59,117 bases of DNA, taken from contig JBGQGY010000008.1 in assembly GCA_041497675.1 (NCBI GenBank), positions 1-59,117 of the forward strand, written 5' to 3'. How positions within the stretch are numbered: the stretch's first letter is position 1; each line of letters opens with the position of its first letter. The translations under genes and the position numbers were made by a program. This DNA comes from a bacterium. GTDB taxonomy: Bacteria > Sysuimicrobiota > Sysuimicrobiia > Sysuimicrobiales > Humicultoraceae. Shown in pieces: positions 55,612 to 59,117 of the stretch. The notes beneath the pieces were generated by a model that ran no database searches, had not been told where the DNA came from, and saw only the letters and a program-made list of their open reading frames with translations.

Positions 55612-57269
55612 ACACGGCCTGGTCTGTGTCCGATCGACGGCGTCTCCTCTTGGTCGTGGCGGCGGCATTCACGCTGTATTGCTACGGGTTGGGGGTCGGC
55701 AGCCTCTGGGACCAGGACGAAGCGCTCTACACCCAGGTGGCCGTCGACATCGTGTCCACCGGTGACCCGATCACGCTCCACCGGGACGGTGAGCCGTGGT
55801 TCGTGCACCCACCGTTGTACATGTGGCTCCAGGCGGCGACCGGGAGCCTCTTCGGTTTCACCGAGTTCACGGCTCGTGTGTGGTCGGCGGTCTCGGGTGC
55901 GGCGGTTGTGGCCGCGACGTTCCTGCTGGCCCGGTTGTTCTACGGGTCGCGGACCGCCACGCTGGCCGCGGCGATCGCCGCGACGACGTTCCAGGTCGTG
56001 GTACAGTCGCGGATCGCGGTGTTCGATCCTACCCTCCTGGCGTTCATGCTGTTTGGACTCTACGCGTACCTGGTCGGTTACACGACGGGCTCACGCCGCG
56101 CGCATCTCTGGGCTTGGGTATGGTGCGGGCTGGCCACGATGACCAAAGGACCGATCGGGTTGATTCTCCCGGCCATGGTGGTGACGGCGTTGTGGGTGGT
56201 TCGCCGGGAGTGGGGACGGTGGAGGGAGATCCCGCTGCTTGGACCGATCCTGTACGTGCTCGTGGGTCTTCCGTGGTATGTCATCGAGGCGGTGCGTCAC
56301 GGCGAGGTCTTCGTGCGCACCGCCATTGGGTACTATCTGTTCAACCGTTTCTTTGGCGTCGTCGAGAACCAGCCGGGACCCTGGTACTATTACGCGCCGG
56401 TATTGCTGCTCGGGAGTTATCCATGGACGACCTTTCTGCCGTCGGCGGCAATCTGGCTGGCGCGGCGTCGGGGTGAACTGGCCGGCCAGGTGATCCTCCT
56501 GTGGTGTGGGATCACGCTGGTCTTCTACTCGCTGGCCGGTACCAAGCTGCCCAACTACATTCTGCCGGTGTATCCCCTCATCGCGATCGGGATCGCGCAC
56601 CACTGGATCACGTTTCTCGACGACCCGTCGTCGGAGGCCCGCCGCCTGATGAGATGGTCGGCCGGTCTCCTGCCGCTCGTCTCGGGTCTCTTCGTGGCCG
56701 GGTTGATCGTGTACGGCCGTATCAAGTTTCCCTCCGAAGCGGCGGCGCTACGCGTCCCGCTTGCCGTGATCGTGAGCATCTTTGCCGGCGGGCCCTTCCT
56801 GGCGTGGATTCTGTACCTGACCGGGCGGCCGCGGGCGACGTTGGGGGCGCTGATGCTGATCAACGTGGTCGTGATTCTCGTGCTGGTGCACGCGACGCTC
56901 CCCGCCATCGAAGCCTACCGGCCCATCCCACGCATCGGGCGCCTGCTGCGACGGACGGCTGAACCGGACGTGACCCTCGCCGCCGTGCGCATGAGGCCGA
57001 CGCCGTCCGTGCGTTTCTACGCTGGTCGGCCGGTCATCTGGATCGATGACGCTGAAGATCTCGCGCAGGCGCAGTGCCGCCACGCGCGGCTCCTCATTGT
57101 GGCGTCTGAGGGCGACTACCGAGGCTGGGTCGAGGCGGCGGTAGGATCGAATATCCGCCAACAGGGGCCGGCGGACGGGTATCGTATCCTGGTCTTGAAG
57201 GAGAGACAACCCGGCCCTTGTCCAGGCGCGCCGCACCTTCCGGGTCAACCCGGCGGGACGAGGCGGTAG
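55608..57269 (+). CDS. ArnT/PMT-like (GT-C fold, GT83/GT39) membrane glycosyltransferase
   Basis: LWDQDEALY, HPPLYMW, TEFTAR, TKGPIG, PWY, PWYYY, TKLPNYILPVYP; GTGA overlap with lptF/G. Confidence 0.85.
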   Translation: MNTAWSVSDRRRLLLVVAAAFTLYCYGLGVGSLWDQDEALYTQVAVDIVSTGDPITLHRDGEPWFVHPPLYMWLQAATGSLFGFTEFTARVWSAVSGAAVVAATFLLARLFYGSRTATLAAAIAATTFQVVVQSRIAVFDPTLLAFMLFGLYAYLVGYTTGSRRAHLWAWVWCGLATMTKGPIGLILPAMVVTALWVVRREWGRWREIPLLGPILYVLVGLPWYVIEAVRHGEVFVRTAIGYYLFNRFFGVVENQPGPWYYYAPVLLLGSYPWTTFLPSAAIWLARRRGELAGQVILLWCGITLVFYSLAGTKLPNYILPVYPLIAIGIAHHWITFLDDPSSEARRLMRWSAGLLPLVSGLFVAGLIVYGRIKFPSEAAALRVPLAVIVSIFAGGPFLAWILYLTGRPRATLGALMLINVVVILVLVHATLPAIEAYRPIPRIGRLLRRTAEPDVTLAAVRMRPTPSVRFYAGRPVIWIDDAEDLAQAQCRHARLLIVASEGDYRGWVEAAVGSNIRQQGPADGYRILVLKERQPGPCPGAPHLPGQPGGTRR

Positions 57270-57289
57270 CCGCGGGAGAGGAGGCGCCG

Positions 57290-58204
57290 TTGGAGTCTGG
57301 ACTTGTCGTCATTCCACTCCTCATCCTTGTCAGCGGCGCCGTCGCCTACATTGGCAACCTGGTCGGCCGAGCCACGGGCCGCCGGCGCCTGACCATTTTT
57401 GGCCTGCGCCCCCGCTCCACCGCGCAGATCATTACGATCGTGACAGGGATGCTCATCACGATTATCACGGTCGCGTCTGTGCTGCTCGTGTCCCACGATG
57501 CCAGGACGGGGTTGTTCCGTCTCAATGAGCTCCGCGACCAGATCGAGAGCGCCGAGGCACGCCTGCGCGAGGTGAAGGGTGGCGACATCGCCTACCTGCG
57601 CAATCAGGAAGTCTTGCGCACCGTGATGGATGGCCGCCTGCCTCAGAATGAGATCCTGCGGCTTCTGGATGCTATGCGGCTGCGGGCGGTTGACTTCGCC
57701 GTCGGCAACGGCAGCTCGCCGGACCTGGTCACGGGCGCGGTCTTGAGCCTGTATCCGCCGAACGCGAGTTGGGAGGCGATCGCCCGGCTGATTGCCGGCC
57801 GCGGCGGTGACACGGTGGTGAGGATCGTGGCGCTCGAGAACACGCTGCGAGCCGAGTCGCTGCGCATCTTCGTGCAGCTCGTCGATCGCAAGGTGGCGTA
57901 CCGCAAAGGCGCGCTGCTGGCGAGCGGGACGATCGATGGCCGCCGGACCCGCGAGCAGATCGGCTTTGATCTGCTCGGTCTGGCCGACAAAGCCGCCGAA
58001 GGCGCCGGCATAAGCGCCAGGCTGCTGTCGCCGCCGTTCGTCCGCATCACCGACCCTCCCCAGGTGCAGGTCGATGTCGATGACCACCGGCGGGCGATCG
58101 GTGAGATCCAGGCGCGCGGCCGCCTGGTCGATCTTCAAGTCGTCGCGGCGCGCGACATCACGTCGGAGGTGTCGTTAATCGTGTCGTTTGTGATCCAGCG
58201 ATGA
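57290..58204 (+). CDS. DUF3084-like membrane protein
   Basis: SGAVAYIGNLVGRATGRRRLTIFGLRPRSTAQIITIVTG signature; TTG start after GAGGAGG. Confidence 0.8.
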   Translation: MESGLVVIPLLILVSGAVAYIGNLVGRATGRRRLTIFGLRPRSTAQIITIVTGMLITIITVASVLLVSHDARTGLFRLNELRDQIESAEARLREVKGGDIAYLRNQEVLRTVMDGRLPQNEILRLLDAMRLRAVDFAVGNGSSPDLVTGAVLSLYPPNASWEAIARLIAGRGGDTVVRIVALENTLRAESLRIFVQLVDRKVAYRKGALLASGTIDGRRTREQIGFDLLGLADKAAEGAGISARLLSPPFVRITDPPQVQVDVDDHRRAIGEIQARGRLVDLQVVAARDITSEVSLIVSFVIQR

Positions 58205-59117
58205 CGGCTGCTGCGCATACGCATGCCCCCACGCGGCCGCCACGAGGGCTGGTGCCGATCCTGGAGACGCTGGCCGTCGCGTCGGGCGCGGCATCACTCG
58301 TGTACCAGGTCGCCTGGATGCGCCGCCTCGTACTCGTGTTTGGCAGCACGACTCTCGCGACGAGCACCGTCCTGGCCGCGTTTCTCGGCGGGCTGGCGGT
58401 GGGCGCCTGGTTGTGGGGGCGTGTCGCCGACCGGCGTCCCCGCGCGGCGCTGGGCGTCTTCGGTCTTGTTGAAGCCGGGATCGGTCTCTATGCCCTCGCG
58501 AGTCCGCTGATCTTCCGCGCGGCGGAGGCGATCTATCTCGGACTCTATCCGGTCGTCGCTGGGCGCCCAGGCGCGTTTGTCGGCGTGCAGTTCCTCCTCA
58601 GCGTTCTGGTGATCCTCGTACCGGCCGCGCTGATGGGTGGCACGTTGCCGTTGCTCGTGCGCCACGTGACGACGGGCGGCGCGATGATCAGGGGCGTCGG
58701 GGTTCTGTATGGATGGAACACGGCCGGGGCCGCGGCCGGCGCCGCGCTGGCCACCTACGGCCTGCTGCCGGCGGTGGGGCTGTCCGGTGCCGTGCGCGCC
58801 GCCGCCGCAGTCAATCTCCTGATCGGTGGTGCGGCGCTCCTCCTCGATTCGCGGCACCGTCGCGCCGGGGGTGAGGAGGGGGGAGCCCCCGTGGTCGCGG
58901 TGAAGGACGCCGCGAACGCTCCCGCTTCCGAGGGCGATCCCGACGGGGCGGCCGTGGTGATCGTGCTGCAGGGGTTCGCGCTGTCCGGGATGGCGGCCAT
59001 CGTCTATGAGGTTGCGTGGTCACGGCTGCTCGCCATGATCATGGGGTCGTCTGTGTATGCCTTCGGCACCCTGGTGGTGGTCGTGCTCGCGGGGCTGGCC
59101 ATTGGCAGCGGAATCTA
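58201..59117 (+). CDS. Fused MFS / spermidine-synthase-like membrane protein, 3'-truncated by window edge (not in ORF track)
   Basis: ATG 58201 (ATGA overlap), SGAASLVYQVAWMRRLVLVFGSTT, LMGGTLP, LYGWNTAGA, second repeat SGMAAIVYEVAWSRLL; open to the window end. Confidence 0.85.
   Translation, partial: MTAAAHTHAPTRPPRGLVPILETLAVASGAASLVYQVAWMRRLVLVFGSTTLATSTVLAAFLGGLAVGAWLWGRVADRRPRAALGVFGLVEAGIGLYALASPLIFRAAEAIYLGLYPVVAGRPGAFVGVQFLLSVLVILVPAALMGGTLPLLVRHVTTGGAMIRGVGVLYGWNTAGAAAGAALATYGLLPAVGLSGAVRAAAAVNLLIGGAALLLDSRHRRAGGEEGGAPVVAVKDAANAPASEGDPDGAAVVIVLQGFALSGMAAIVYEVAWSRLLAMIMGSSVYAFGTLVVVVLAGLAIGSGI

Overview
GC-rich, gene-dense chromosomal window with no phage, CRISPR or transposase. It most likely comes from a diderm Terrabacterium (Armatimonadota/CSP1-3-like; this is inferred from gene content and order). 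Left part (1-24 kb): metabolic genes; ccdA with two tandem S41 proteases; a COG3044 ATPase; trpB2; a Fur/PerR + DtxR regulator pair divergent from an Fe3+ ABC transporter; then lipB - SbnI/SerK-like free serine kinase - CysM-type synthase - Mec (JAMM) - Rrf2 - SigR/SigH-like ECF + ZAS anti-sigma - ridA. Middle (24-32 kb): tRNA-Gln(TTG), a LAL/LuxR ATPase, a CMD-family gene, glmU, prs, a WecA/TagO-like transferase and wecB. Right part (32-59 kb): a large outer-membrane cluster with an exported lipoyl-like domain, two SpoIVB-like S55 proteases, tamB, a sigma factor with a membrane-anchored partner, bamA, an unknown beta-barrel protein, three OmpH-like genes, lpxD-C-A-I-B, lptC-A-B-F/G, an ArnT-like transferase, DUF3084 and a partial MFS/spermidine-synthase fusion. 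The two best candidates for undescribed biology are (1) a free serine -> O-phosphoserine -> cysteine module under layered Rrf2/ECF thiol-stress control, and (2) a sporulation-like protease/sigma module inside the outer-membrane cluster, tied to other envelope genes by a recurring AGG-N18-GAA (Spo0H-like) promoter motif. All calls come from reading motifs by eye; no database searches were run.
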